A stretch of DNA of 62,206 bases, filler included, from Collodictyon triciliatum (Eukaryota), in NCBI GenBank assembly GCA_043381765.1. It is 11 parts of 11 records of this genome, joined end to end, with 100 filler letters (N's around TTAATTAATTAA, not from the genome) between each part and the next. Parts side by side here need not be neighbours in the genome. Positions count along the whole stretch, not along the records: positions 36,813 to 42,250 come from JBHJMP010005204.1; positions 42,351 to 47,786 come from JBHJMP010005205.1; positions 47,887 to 53,319 come from JBHJMP010005206.1; 8 more parts are not named here. One strand, 5' to 3'. The notes under the pieces are model-generated. The model did no database searches. It was not told the DNA's origin and saw nothing but the letters and a program-made list of their open reading frames with translations. Made by a program: the position numbers and the translations under genes. This document shows, piece after piece, positions 36,893 to 48,606 of this stretch. Positions within the stretch are counted from its first letter, which is position 1; each line of letters begins with the position of its first letter.

Positions 36893-39800
36893 GATACAGA
36901 AGCTGAGAAAGATTTTGTGGAAAAGTACTTTTACGACTCTATCACTCTCATCCGGGTTATATGCGTTGTTGTATCAACCATTCATCTGGGCTTCTTTGCA
37001 ATCGAAATCGCACAATTTACGTCGTGGCCTCTTTTTATTGTTCATTTTGCCATGTCGGCTTTAACGGCGGTTACATTCGTAGTTTCCTTTCACAAGTAAG
37101 TCATATCAAAATTCATCGATTGTTTAATTCATATTTTCTAATACAATCATAATATCCAGGAAATTCCGTACCATCCAGTTGTATATAGTGACACTTGACC
37201 TTTGGATTGAAATAAGCAGTCTCGTTCTCATCGGTTACTATTATGTAATTACACTACCTAACAGAGGCCTAATTTGGGATTCAAATAATCCCCGTGGGAT
37301 TATAATTTTGTTCATATTTGGGTTGTATGCCACGTACACAACATTGCGATTTCCTTTACCTGTAAGTTGAATAACACACCAAGTGATTAAGATATGGTTC
37401 AAAGTATGGGTCATGCCTTTTAAATAGTTCATTTTTCCCCGTCTTTATGAAACGGTAACAAAAAATTCGTTTTTTTTTTTTTGCATTATAAATACTCATG
37501 CGTATTCCATGATATAGATGGCCATTTTCAACGCTTGTGTAATTCAAGTCATATACAACGCTGGGATTACCCTAACATTGAGAGTCACAATTGAAGAATA
37601 CATCGAAAACAACATATACTTTTTCATAATCTCTGCTTTGCTATTACCAGTGTGTTATACCTCGGAGAAACGTCAACGTATCCAGGATGTGAGAAAATTT
37701 CGATTTTTAGGATATCCTTAATCTAATTTTATTAAATAAAAATATTTCACCAAGCATATGCGTCTATTTTCAAAAAAAAATCGAATAAATCTTCATAAAC
37801 GCAGGCTCAGCGTGCTGAAATTCTTATGCACACCGAGGAAGTGGCAAAAGAAAAAATGATTACAGTAAGTAAATTGAAAATTCATGTAAATTACGATGCA
37901 ATTTTTCCAATTAACCTTAAAAATTATTTTATTCTGCAGGAAAAGCTTTTGTTGAACGTATTACCACGAAAGATAGCCAGGAGATTAATTGACGGAGAAG
38001 AAGTAGGAAGAAACATGACATAAAATGACAAATTCTTAATTTTTATTATCAAAACCTTATTTTTAGACAATATCAGACAGTTACTCGCACGTCACTGTCT
38101 TATTTGCCGACCTTGTTGACTGGACTAAGATTTCAAACTCGATGCTCCCAACTGATGCAATAAACCTTTTGAATGAAATTGTATGCACATTTGACAGAAT
38201 AGCTTCCGCATTCAAAGTGGAGAAGATTAAAACGATTGGTGATGGTAAAAGCATATTAATTTTAATTGCTAATTCCCACAGGTCACTCTGAATCTTCGCT
38301 TCGAGTGATAATTTAAAAAATAACAATTTTCATCAGGATACTTGGCTGCATGTGGGCTTCCCGATGAAATGGCTGCTGAGAAGTGCAGCGAAATTATGGC
38401 TGAATTTGCCCTGGAAGTGATTAATGCAGTAAGCTCATGCTTTTATCATATAACGCACCACCTCTAAATCGAATAAAGGAAAAAATCATATAATGGAAAA
38501 TTGTTTTTGAAAGATTAATAGATGAGTTTTATTCGTTTATATACCTTCAATTTTTCATTTGAAAGAAAAATATTCGTAAACCATCTAGGTCAATGCCATC
38601 GCGACAACAAAAAGAAGGGATTTAGGAATATCTATTGGAATGCATACTGGTCCTATCGTGGCAGGAGTCATTGGTATTTGTGAATTAAAAATTCATGTAC
38701 TTATAATATCTCCAACTTATATTGTCCGTTTTAAAATCCGCTTCACTTAATGAGTAGCTATTGATTTCGTTTCAATAGGAAAATCAAAATTCCTCTATGA
38801 CCTTTGGGGAGACTCTGTCAACTTAGGTTTCATACATATACAGTTCTGATATTTCACATCATAAAAATTACAGATTTTTTTATTCCGTTAGGTTTCGTGA
38901 AATATGAATTCTTAATTTTAATCATGAACACATATTTTATTAAAAATAATATAGTTTTTTTTAGGAATATGCTCGTAATAACTTGATGATACCATCTTTT
39001 ATTATATTTTCATACCTTGAATAGCCAGCAGAATGCAATCTCATGGAGCTCCTGGTCGTATTCATGTAACAGAACAAGTCTATCAATTACTCCGTAATTC
39101 TTTTGATTTTGACAAAAGACCAGTTATGTATGTTAAGGGGAAGGGAGACATGCAGACCTATTTCCTTGAAAAAAAGTGAGTGGCATGATCTCATTTGTGT
39201 ATATTACATTATATGATTATATATTCCACAAATTCGTTTTTTTTTTTAAAAAAAAAATCGATTTCTTCTTTTTCTCCAAACAGGATACATATTGATGATG
39301 AATGCAACCCTGTTACAAGGTTTGAAAAAATGCAACCTCGTGATATGGAAAATGAACTAGAAAAAAATGTTTCGACAGGTGGATTCAGAGATAGAGAATC
39401 GCCAATTCAAGATGGAAACAAAACGAAGGACATAAAACTAAATCGGAAAGATAAGAAAGCAAGAGAGGCTGTGCATAAGAAGGAAATGGATCTGGAGAAA
39501 AATATTTCATCTATTATAACCATGAGATATGGCAATTTGAAGTTTCTAGATTTATACCTGGAGACGCAATTCAGTGAAATGGTTTTGAAGAATTTACACG
39601 ACAACTTTGCCCGAATCGTCTGCCAACTTATCGTTTTGGAACTTTTGATCGGTGTACATTCGATACAATTCGAAATCGAACTTGTCAGATCTTACTTCTC
39701 CAGTGTGGTTACATGTATTTTAATTCAGGTACATCAGTGCTAAGATGAACTCCATATTTCACTTATTAAATTCTCTTGGTAGTAATTGTCTTTTAATTAG

Positions 39801-41682
39801 GTTACCACAATTCTCATGAATAAATGGAGACCAGAAAGAGCCATTCACTTGATGACGATTAACATCATTGTGATTCATTTGTGCTATATAACACTCTTTG
39901 GCTATTACAGGTCGCCAAATAATCAATACTCTTCATTTTAATATTGAGCAATATGTAATTAATACAATTTTTTCACAGAATGACCATTCCTATTGGGACA
40001 CGATTTATGTTTCAGGCGTTGTTGACCATTCAGGTCTTCTCTTGTATGACCTCGCAACTGTCTTACCGTCACTCATTATGTGTTATTCAACCAATTTGCC
40101 TGGCATTTTTGGTAAGACTTTTCCCCTTTTATAAATATAAGTAAATTGACAATTATTTCAACAATGATTTCATAGCAGTATATATAATTCGTGTATAATT
40201 TAATTTAATTTAATTTAATTTGTTTCCTACACATAGATTCTGCAGCTTCTCCTTAGACCAGAATATTCTTTTGACATATTTTCATGTCTGTTCTATTCCA
40301 GTCTGCTTCTGTTTGCACTCGTTACTTCATTTCAAGTAGAAAGGACTGTTAGGTCATTGAAAAAAATCTAAACCCACTATGATGTAAAAATTTTCAGATT
40401 TACCAAAATCATATGATTATTAAAATCGCAAGCTAATTAGAAAGGAGTTTTTGCTCTCCCAGTATGCAAAGGATGAAAGGTTGCGTGTCATGAAGCAAAG
40501 AGAAGAATCGGAAAGGCTTTTGTGTAAATACTCACACCAAAATAACATTTTTATTGCATATTTTAATACAGTTGATTGCATAGATAATATCCTTCCAGAG
40601 TCAATCATCTCGAGGATGCGAGAGAACGATGGGAAATTGATAGAAACCTACGATGATGCTAGCATTCTTTTTGCAGACATCGTTGGGTGAGTTAAATTAA
40701 TAGTTGATATAATGTGATATAATATATACATCTGTAAAATGAGTAGTTGATACATCTCAATTCAATAAGCTTCACCGTTTTATCTTCGAAACTGTCAGCA
40801 AACAAAATTGTGGATATGCTGAATGAGCTATTTACACAGGCAAGAGCTTATCTACATTTTTTTAGTTTTATTATACCACTTATTTTACTTTTTGGAGAAT
40901 TCACACTGAATGCTCGAATAGTTTGACAACATAGCAGCTCAGAAGGGCTTGGAGAAAATTAAAACTATCGGTAAAAAGAAATTGTGTCCACATGTAAAAC
41001 TATTTATATTATGTGTGTGTTTTTTTTAAAAAATAATAATAATAATCATGATTACCTCTGCATAGGTGATGCTTACATGGTTGTTGGAGGAGTTCCAAAC
41101 TCCAATCCAGAGCACGTCCAGGTGAGTAGTGGGAAATAGAATAAAAAAATTCCAAGAATGCCATACTTTCCAAAATTCTCAAGGAATAATTATGACGCAT
41201 TTTGTGTATGGTAAATAACAGAACATGGTAGACATGGGCCTAGAGATGGTAGATGTGATAAACTCTTTACCAGAAATCGAAGGCATGCGTGTGAACCTCC
41301 GGCTTGGCGTTCATTGCGGGCCTGTTATCGGCGGTATGGTCGGGCTCAGTAAAATGGTAAGACTCAAGGTTACAAGTTGAATTCATGTTGATTAAACGGT
41401 CGTATAGTGGAAGGCGTTTCAAATCAAATTTCTAAATGGTTCTGTGACAAATAGGTTTTTGATGTTTGGGGAATGAGCGTAAACATCGCATCTAAGATGG
41501 AGTCCAATGGAAAACCAGGATTTTTGAACATTTCGAAGGATTGCCGAGAACGACTCAGAGATGGAGACTACAACTTTATGCCAAGAGATGAAAAATTGGT
41601 GTACGAAGATTGCAATATCGAAATGTTCATCGCTGAGCGTTTAGTGAAACATCCACAGACCGTCCCTCCAAATGGTTGGTGA
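36893..41682 (+). CDS. Class III transmembrane adenylyl cyclase, TM-C1-TM-C2 architecture; 5' truncated
   Basis: C1: VTVLFADLVDWT, VEKIKTIGDGY, IGMHTGPIVAGVIG, YDLWGDSVNLASRM, VKGKGDMQTYFL. C2: ASILFADIVGFT, LEKIKTIGDAY, LGVHCGPVIGG, FDVWGMSVNIASKMES. Hydrophobic exon sets precede each domain. Lys/Asp specificity residues indicate ATP. Confidence 0.93.
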
Positions 41683-41961
41683 AATAATACAAAGCGGCCT
41701 TTCTCAAAACTACGATGAGTTTTTAAATAAAAAGACAGCGCCAGGAACATTATTTCAATTAAAATTGTGTTTTTTCAATTATACCGATTACAAAATAAAA
41801 TCCATGAGATGTGACTTCATTTTATCTTCAAATCCATGTTTGATTCTCTGAGAGAAGGGAAAATACTTCATTAAAGAATACCAATAGGAAAACATGTTTT
41901 ATATCGAAGCATGAGACTAACACATAAATGGAGTGCCTCGACTAGCAAATTTTTTACATTG

Positions 41962-42250
41962 GCTAGGCCTTGTGCTTGCATGAGAGAGACAAGGCGGGGT
42001 TGAATCTCTATCTCAGCCTCTTTCCACATGTCTCTTCTCACAGGGTCTGACTAATAGAGAACGTGCAGGTGGCGAAGGAAGCTGTTGAGGAAAGAGATTT
42101 GTATGATGTCATCCAGTCTGTCATCAGGAATGGTTGGCTGGTTGTTGAGTCTTGCTTTGCGTGAGTATATGCGCTCTATCCACATAGTCCATAGCAAATG
42201 GCCTCGCGTCACTGCCCAGAGTGTTTTTGCCTCTGGACGCAGCTGTTGCA
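41962..42250 (-). mobile_element. L1/Tx1-like family A ORF2 C-terminal fragment
   Basis: QQLRPEAKTLWAVTRGHLLWTMWIERIYSR...IIQISFLNSFLRHLHVLY*SDPVRRDMWKEAE; W-x-x-W-x-ER motif of L1/Tx1 ORF2 C-termini; in-frame stop. Confidence 0.8.
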
Positions 42251-42350
42251 NNNNNNNNNNNNNNNNNNNNNNNNNNNNNNNNNNNNNNNNNNNNTTAATT
42301 AATTAANNNNNNNNNNNNNNNNNNNNNNNNNNNNNNNNNNNNNNNNNNNN

Positions 42351-42478
42351 GACAAAAAGACAAAAAGACAAAAAGACAAAAAGACAAAAAGACAAAAAGA
42401 CAAAAAGACAAAAAGACAAAAAGACAAAAAGACAAAAAGACAAAAAGACAGAAAGACAGAAAGACAGAAAGACAAAAA
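42351..42478. repeat. (GACAAAAA)n octamer repeat, intronic, at scaffold start
   Basis: Tandem octamers; source of the spurious (FCLFVFLS)n tail on the 993-aa ORF. Confidence 0.9.
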
Positions 42479-42488
42479 GAAAAATCAC

Positions 42489-45424
42489 CTTTCGCTCCAC
42501 ATACATCCTCATCATCGCACGGTTTGGAACCGACAACAAGCCTAGACCCGTCGCTAGAAAAGCTGAAGCTGAAACCAAAGTGTCTCCCTGTCGCAGGACT
42601 TGCTGGTACAACAGTCGAGTCAAGAGCGTATTCCCCGTCACTATTCTCCACATATGTCGCAATAGAGCCCGAACCACTCTCGTCGTTAATGACAGACACA
42701 TAAAGAACACTGTCGCTAAACTTAACAAGCCATCCAAATCCATTACCGCTTTTGTCCGAAATTGTTTGCCTGAGCTCCCAGTTTTCGTTTTCATACTCGT
42801 ATATTAGAACAGACGGAGTGTAGAGAGAGAACGGACTGGTTGATACCGCCAATCTGACTTCATTTTCAAGAGTTACAGAGTGGCCAAATCTTCGGTTTGA
42901 TCCGGGAATTGGGTGCACTATGGAAATTCTTTTTCCCCATCGACCATTATTCAACTTTCTGTACACATGAGCGCATCCAGAATTAGTGGCGTCTGCCGAA
43001 GCATCATAAGTGGGCATCCCGATTGCTGTGACATTGTTTACATTTGAAATAGAGCCACCCAATTCGAAGTTCTTTGTTACTTTCCTGTAGCGGATGATTG
43101 AGTCTTTCAGAAACGTATCTTGGGCTGCATTCCATCTGTAAAACACTATGACACCTATATCCGTCCCAGCAAAACTCGATTTCGGGACAGATACAATCAG
43201 ATAATTTGTATTTAATAGCATATTGTGACCGAATTTGTTATCACGATTACGAAATGGATTTCTTATTTTCTTGAGATTGTTCCACGTCCCAGTTGCTCCG
43301 TCCTTTTTGTAAGTCAATATGTGCCCTCCGTCGCAGTTTTGTGGAGATGACGGTGCGATGCAGAAGGGAACAGACACAGATGCGATATCATTAAGCAGGG
43401 CGACTTTGTAGCCAAGCTTTTCCGACTTTTTAAAATCAAACCATTCAAGTTCATGAGTCAGCGGTTCGATGGAATGTAACAGATTCCAAATCTTGACAGA
43501 TGCGTCGTAGCTCCCGGATACAATTTTTGAACCGTCTGGGGTGATAGCTAGACTATTGATATTACTTCCATGACCAACCAAAGTGCGCATCAGTGTCCCT
43601 TCAAACAAACTCCAAACTCTGATGGTATTGTCATACCCCCCAGACACGATTATCGATCCACCATGAGTGATTGCAACACTAAAAACAAAATTCGTGTGCC
43701 CTGTCAATGTTCGAATCAAACTGCCATCGGATAAGTTCCAAATCTTGATTTGGAAGTCACTACTTCCAGACACAATTTTAGAGCCATCGGGTGTAACAGC
43801 AACAGCCCAAACAGTGCTATCATGACCGACCCATGAGCGTTGCTCAGTTCCGTCAGAAAGATTCCATATCTTGATTTCGCAGGCATTGCTTCCCGTAATG
43901 AATTTAGAGCCATCCGGGGTGAAAGTGATGGACACAACTGCATTCAAAAATCCTGTTAAGCTCTGAATCTCAGTTCCATCGGAGAGATTCCAAATTTTGA
44001 TTGTATTATCGTAGCTCCCAGAAACCACCGTGGAGCCATCCGGAGAGATAGCTATACATGATAGCCAATGTGTATGCCCTGATAGAGTGTTGACTTCTTC
44101 GCCACTAGAGACGTCCCACACTTTGATTGTATTGTCAAAGCTTCCAGAAAGAATTTTTGAGCCATCAGGAGTAAAAACAACGCCGGTGATATAATTGGTA
44201 TGTCCATCGATAGTGTTTAGAAGGCTTCCATCAGATAGGTTCCATAGTTTTAGGCTTGTATCTTGGCCTCCAGAGGCTATCTTGGTTCCATCGGGTGATA
44301 TGGAGATACTGTAAATGTTTCCAGCATGACCAGTCAGGGTGCGAATCAAGTTTTTATCTGACAATACCCAAGTAGCTACCGTATTATCATAGCTACCAGA
44401 CACGATAGTCGTGCTGTCGGATGTAATGGCTATGCTATTAACCACATCCCCATGTCCAGTTAATGTGCGAGTTAATGCTCCGTCAGAAAGATTCCAAATC
44501 TTTATGGTACCATCGGCACTTCCAGATACAATTGTCGAACCATCAGAGGAAACAGCAACACCATTAATGTTACCAGAGTGGCCTGACAAAACACGAATCT
44601 CGTTTTGGTCCGAGATACTCCAGACCCTAACCTTATGGTCATTTCCTGCAGACACAATCTTGGAGTTATCCGGGGTTAGGGCGATACACATAACAGCGCC
44701 AGTATGACCATATAGGGTAAACATGTGTGATCCATCCGACAGATTCCACACCTTGATGCTGTTGTCATAACTTCCAGAGACAATTTTAGTTCCGTCAGGA
44801 GATACACCCAAGCTCAAAACCCAAGTGTTGTGGGCGTCAAGAGAATAAACCAGATTCCCACCTTCAACATCATGAATCTTGACGGTATTATCGTAACTCG
44901 CCGATATAACTTTTGTACCATCTGGGACAAAGAGAGTATTCGATACAATGTCAGCATGGTCGGTTATTGTAGTCACTTGGTTTCCTGAGATGACATCCCA
45001 AATAATAATTTTGCCATCCATACCACCAGACACCAGCTTGGTATTATCCGGAGAGAAGTTAACAGTTAGGACCCAACTTGTGTGCCCGCTGAGGGTTTTT
45101 TCTAAGGTTCCTTCGGAAAGACTCCAAACATTGATGGTATTGTCTTTACTCCCAGAGGCGATGTAAGCGCTATCGTGGGAAACAGCAACAGTATAAACGT
45201 AATCGGTGTGTCCAGTGAAGACGCGAATCTGGAATTCTTGCCCTTTAACTTGAACAGCATGGAAATGAAGGAACAATCCTAATAAAAAATTTTGAGATGA
45301 TACTTTGCTCTTTTTTTTCTTTTTTTTTTTTTAGTCTTTACAATGCACATACATATAGGCATTGAATGAATTTCTATTTACCTATTACCAGTAATAATGG
45401 CACCAATGACTGCGAACAACGCAT
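42489..45424 (-). CDS. Predicted secreted/surface protein: signal peptide + 14 WD40 repeats + at least 6 FG-GAP-like repeats; 3' truncated
   Basis: Exon 1 45424-45382 and exon 2 45278-42489 splice in frame (GT-AG) to give MRCSQSLVPLLLVIGLFLHFHAVQVKG-QEFQIRVFTGH...; 14 GH..W[DNS] repeats; then LGYKVA, FGHNM, LGGSIS..IGMP..SGCAHVY, FGHSV, FGWLV, FGFSFSFSSDGSRLVVG; donor at 42488. Confidence 0.88.
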
Positions 45425-45897
45425 CGGCCTACAGGTAGCAAAGAGGAGTATTTGTATGTTTCCAAATGAAATAACATATCATAAAGATTTTTTTAATGGA
45501 AACAAGAATGTAAAAAGCCAATAACCCAAAAGTTTGTAATGGTGAATAAAGAATTTGGAGGTATTCAGTTGTTTTTTTTTATCATATGCGAAAGTGAAGG
45601 ATAGGCTCGGATGCCTGAATCAAATGAATTTCTTGCAAGGTATGGAAAGCAGAAGTCAAATTGCAGATGATGCAGAGCATTTTCAGAGCCTTTTTCTTAT
45701 TTCATACTTTTCAGGAATAGATTCACACATCACTAAGTATTCATTAATTTAGAGTTTTTATAGTATTAGCGCACCAAAGCGTGAATAGATCAAAATATCT
45801 TTGTAAGCATAGGAATTGCAGAATATATGTCTTTCTTTTATTTTTAGAATATTGTAGGGAAAAAACTGTGTATATTGAACTGCATTCCGAACTTATT

Positions 45898-45979
<82 letters not shown>

Positions 45980-47219
45980 TGGATTATGGTATGACTTGGA
46001 GAAATTCATATGTATCCTATCAAGGCCGGATGAGTATGTTGTAGGATGATGGATTATCACCATATTTCAATTTGGCCTGCATATGTATTACTATCAAAGG
46101 ATTATTAAATGTGCTTCAATAAAGAGAGTGATCAATGTAAGAAAACTCAGTATCAGAGAAGTCAAAAAATATCAGGGAGGTTATGGGCTATTGGAGTATA
46201 ACCCATTTGATTATATTTTCTCGATCAAAGCTAAAGACGTAGTTTGTACTCGTAGCCCAGTACAGAATGTGATTTCTCTTTCGCTGCCCCTTAAGAGTGA
46301 GTTTATTTGATGCACATGCCATGATAGAAACCAGCATAATTCACAGAAACAAAGAAGGCACACAAGACAACCCATCTTTGATCTTTTTCTTCGATCATAA
46401 AATAGCTGTGAAAATCATGTCATATGCACAAGGTGCTTCTTTTCTTTTTTTCAACTGTTTATTTTATATTAATCATATTTTTATATTTGGTGTTTTTTTT
46501 TTTTCTTGGCCAGAGTTTTAAAAGAAGTCATATATCTGTGTGCTGTGTATGTCTCTCGATCCTTGCGAGGTACTCCGACTCATGTTTTACTTTCCCGTCT
46601 TCTTGTTCATTTTGGTTGATTTCGTAGCGGATGGAAAATGGGTGGTTGAAAAGTCTGTGTCCGCGCCAAAGTAACGGAAAGTTTGAAACCCCGAGTTGAT
46701 GTGCCTTTTGGAGTCGGAAGCTCTAATTTTGGATTTTATAACATATTACTTAATTTTTTTCATGTTGGGGTTATCTTTCCTTCATAATATAATTTCATTC
46801 ATGATAATAGTGTGTTAATGCACATTGTGAGAATCGTAAGAAAAAAGATGTATTGGTGTTGTATGCCTGTAATTGTATCCGCCTTGTAATGAAGGTCACT
46901 TTACCATTATCAAAACAGGCAGACCCTTTTTTTAGCTGCGCGCAAGTAAACCCAGTTGTGTGTTTTCATTCGACTTCTAAGCATATGAGATATTGGAAAG
47001 AGATGTTTTCAAAGACCAAAGCTTGTTCCTTCTATATTTCCTTTAAAATAGGGAAGGCCGCGCCACTGCCAAGCTATTTTTTCTCTTTTTCTCTTTTTCT
47101 CTTTTTCTCTTTTTCTCTTTTTCTCTTTTTCTCTTTTCTTTTGTTTTCTTTTGTTTTCTTTTGTTTTCTTTTGTTTTCTTTTGTTTTCTTTTGTTTTCTT
47201 TTGTTTTCTTTTCAACCAG

Positions 47220-47511
47220 TATCGATTTCAAATGGACGAACAGTATTTTCTCGCCAATAAGCAGCTTGGATTGTGGGACAAAGAAGTCGATGTATGGATC
47301 TGCGCTGAAGCGACGGAGTCCACAGTCTACTCCGCCACGCTCGCCTGCTTCGTCTGCCTCGTCCGGTGCCTCACCGCACTCTGCCTTTCAGACTCCGTCT
47401 CCGACACAGCCAAAGTCCACGTCCGAGGCAAAGTCTCCGTCAGTCGGAAGCGACATTGAAGACGGGGCGGCTGTCGACGCGGATTGGTGGGCCCAACTTC
47501 CCTCGGGTTGA
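47220..47511 (+). CDS. Possible Ser/Pro-rich exon of an unidentified gene
   Basis: GC-rich open block after a long polypyrimidine tract and CAG; reads IDFKWTNSIFSP...SPQSTPPRSPASS...DADWWAQLPSG. Frame and strand uncertain. Confidence 0.3.
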
Positions 47512-48606
47512 CTCTTTTTTTCTTTCTCTTTCTTTCTTTTTTCTTTTTTCTTTTTCTTTTCTTTTTCTTTTCTTTTCTTTTTCTTTTCTTTTCTTTTCTT
47601 TTTCTTTTCTTTTCTTTTCTTTTCTCTTTAATTTCTCTTTAATTTCTCTTTAATATTTCTTTAATTTTTCTTTTCTTCTTTTCTTCTTCTCTTTTTCTTC
47701 TCTTTTTCTTCTCTTTTTCTTCTCTTTTTCTTCTCTTTTTCTTCTCTTTTTCTTCTCTTTTTCTTCTCTTTTTCTTCTCTTTTTCTNNNNNNNNNNNNNN
47801 NNNNNNNNNNNNNNNNNNNNNNNNNNNNNNTTAATTAATTAANNNNNNNNNNNNNNNNNNNNNNNNNNNNNNNNNNNNNNNNNNNNTTTTATTTTTATTT
47901 TTATTTTTATTTTTATTTTTATTTTTATTTTTATTTTTATTTTTATTTTTATTTTTATTTTTATTTTTATTTTTATTTTTATTTTTATTCCCTCGCTTTA
48001 ACGTCTCTCAGCATATGGTTTTCCTCGTTCAGTCTGTGCGTGGAATCCACACGACGAAACATCTCGGTCTCTAGTACCCATCCTGCTTTAACAACCACAA
48101 CATGGTTTAAAGAAAACTAAATAAAAGGAAACTGTTGCTGTGCACAGTGTTTATATGTAACTTTCAAACATATATCCCTGCTCTAGTTGTTTACAACATA
48201 GAAATGCTATTCTGTTTTATTTTCTGTTCTATTTATGAATAACTTTTCTAGCTATTGAGTCCGCTTGTGGAAGAGTTGATATATAAGAAATGTATATATA
48301 AAAAAGTGCCAATTTCGCGTGTGCGTGATTATCTCAGCGAAAATTAGCGCACAAATAACTTAATGAGATGAAGATGATGACTAGACATTTATAGTCAACT
48401 TTTATTGTCAAATGCACTCACCCGGATTTCTACGTACATTGATTATAATGACGTATATATCCTCTTGAATGCAAGGGGAAAAGAAAATAAACGCCATAAT
48501 ATACCAAAAGTTATGTTTATTCCTCCTGATATTTATCATGTGGTTTTTCTTTATTTTAAAAATGGACAAATTATAATTTAGGGGAGATATAAGAATAAAC
48601 ATAAAG

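Noticed and set aside
42295-42488. Hydrophobic (FCLFVFLS)n tail of the 993-aa ORF as a transmembrane anchor
   Set aside because: It is an octamer repeat after a GT donor at 42488 and reads into the linker; the true C-terminus is missing.
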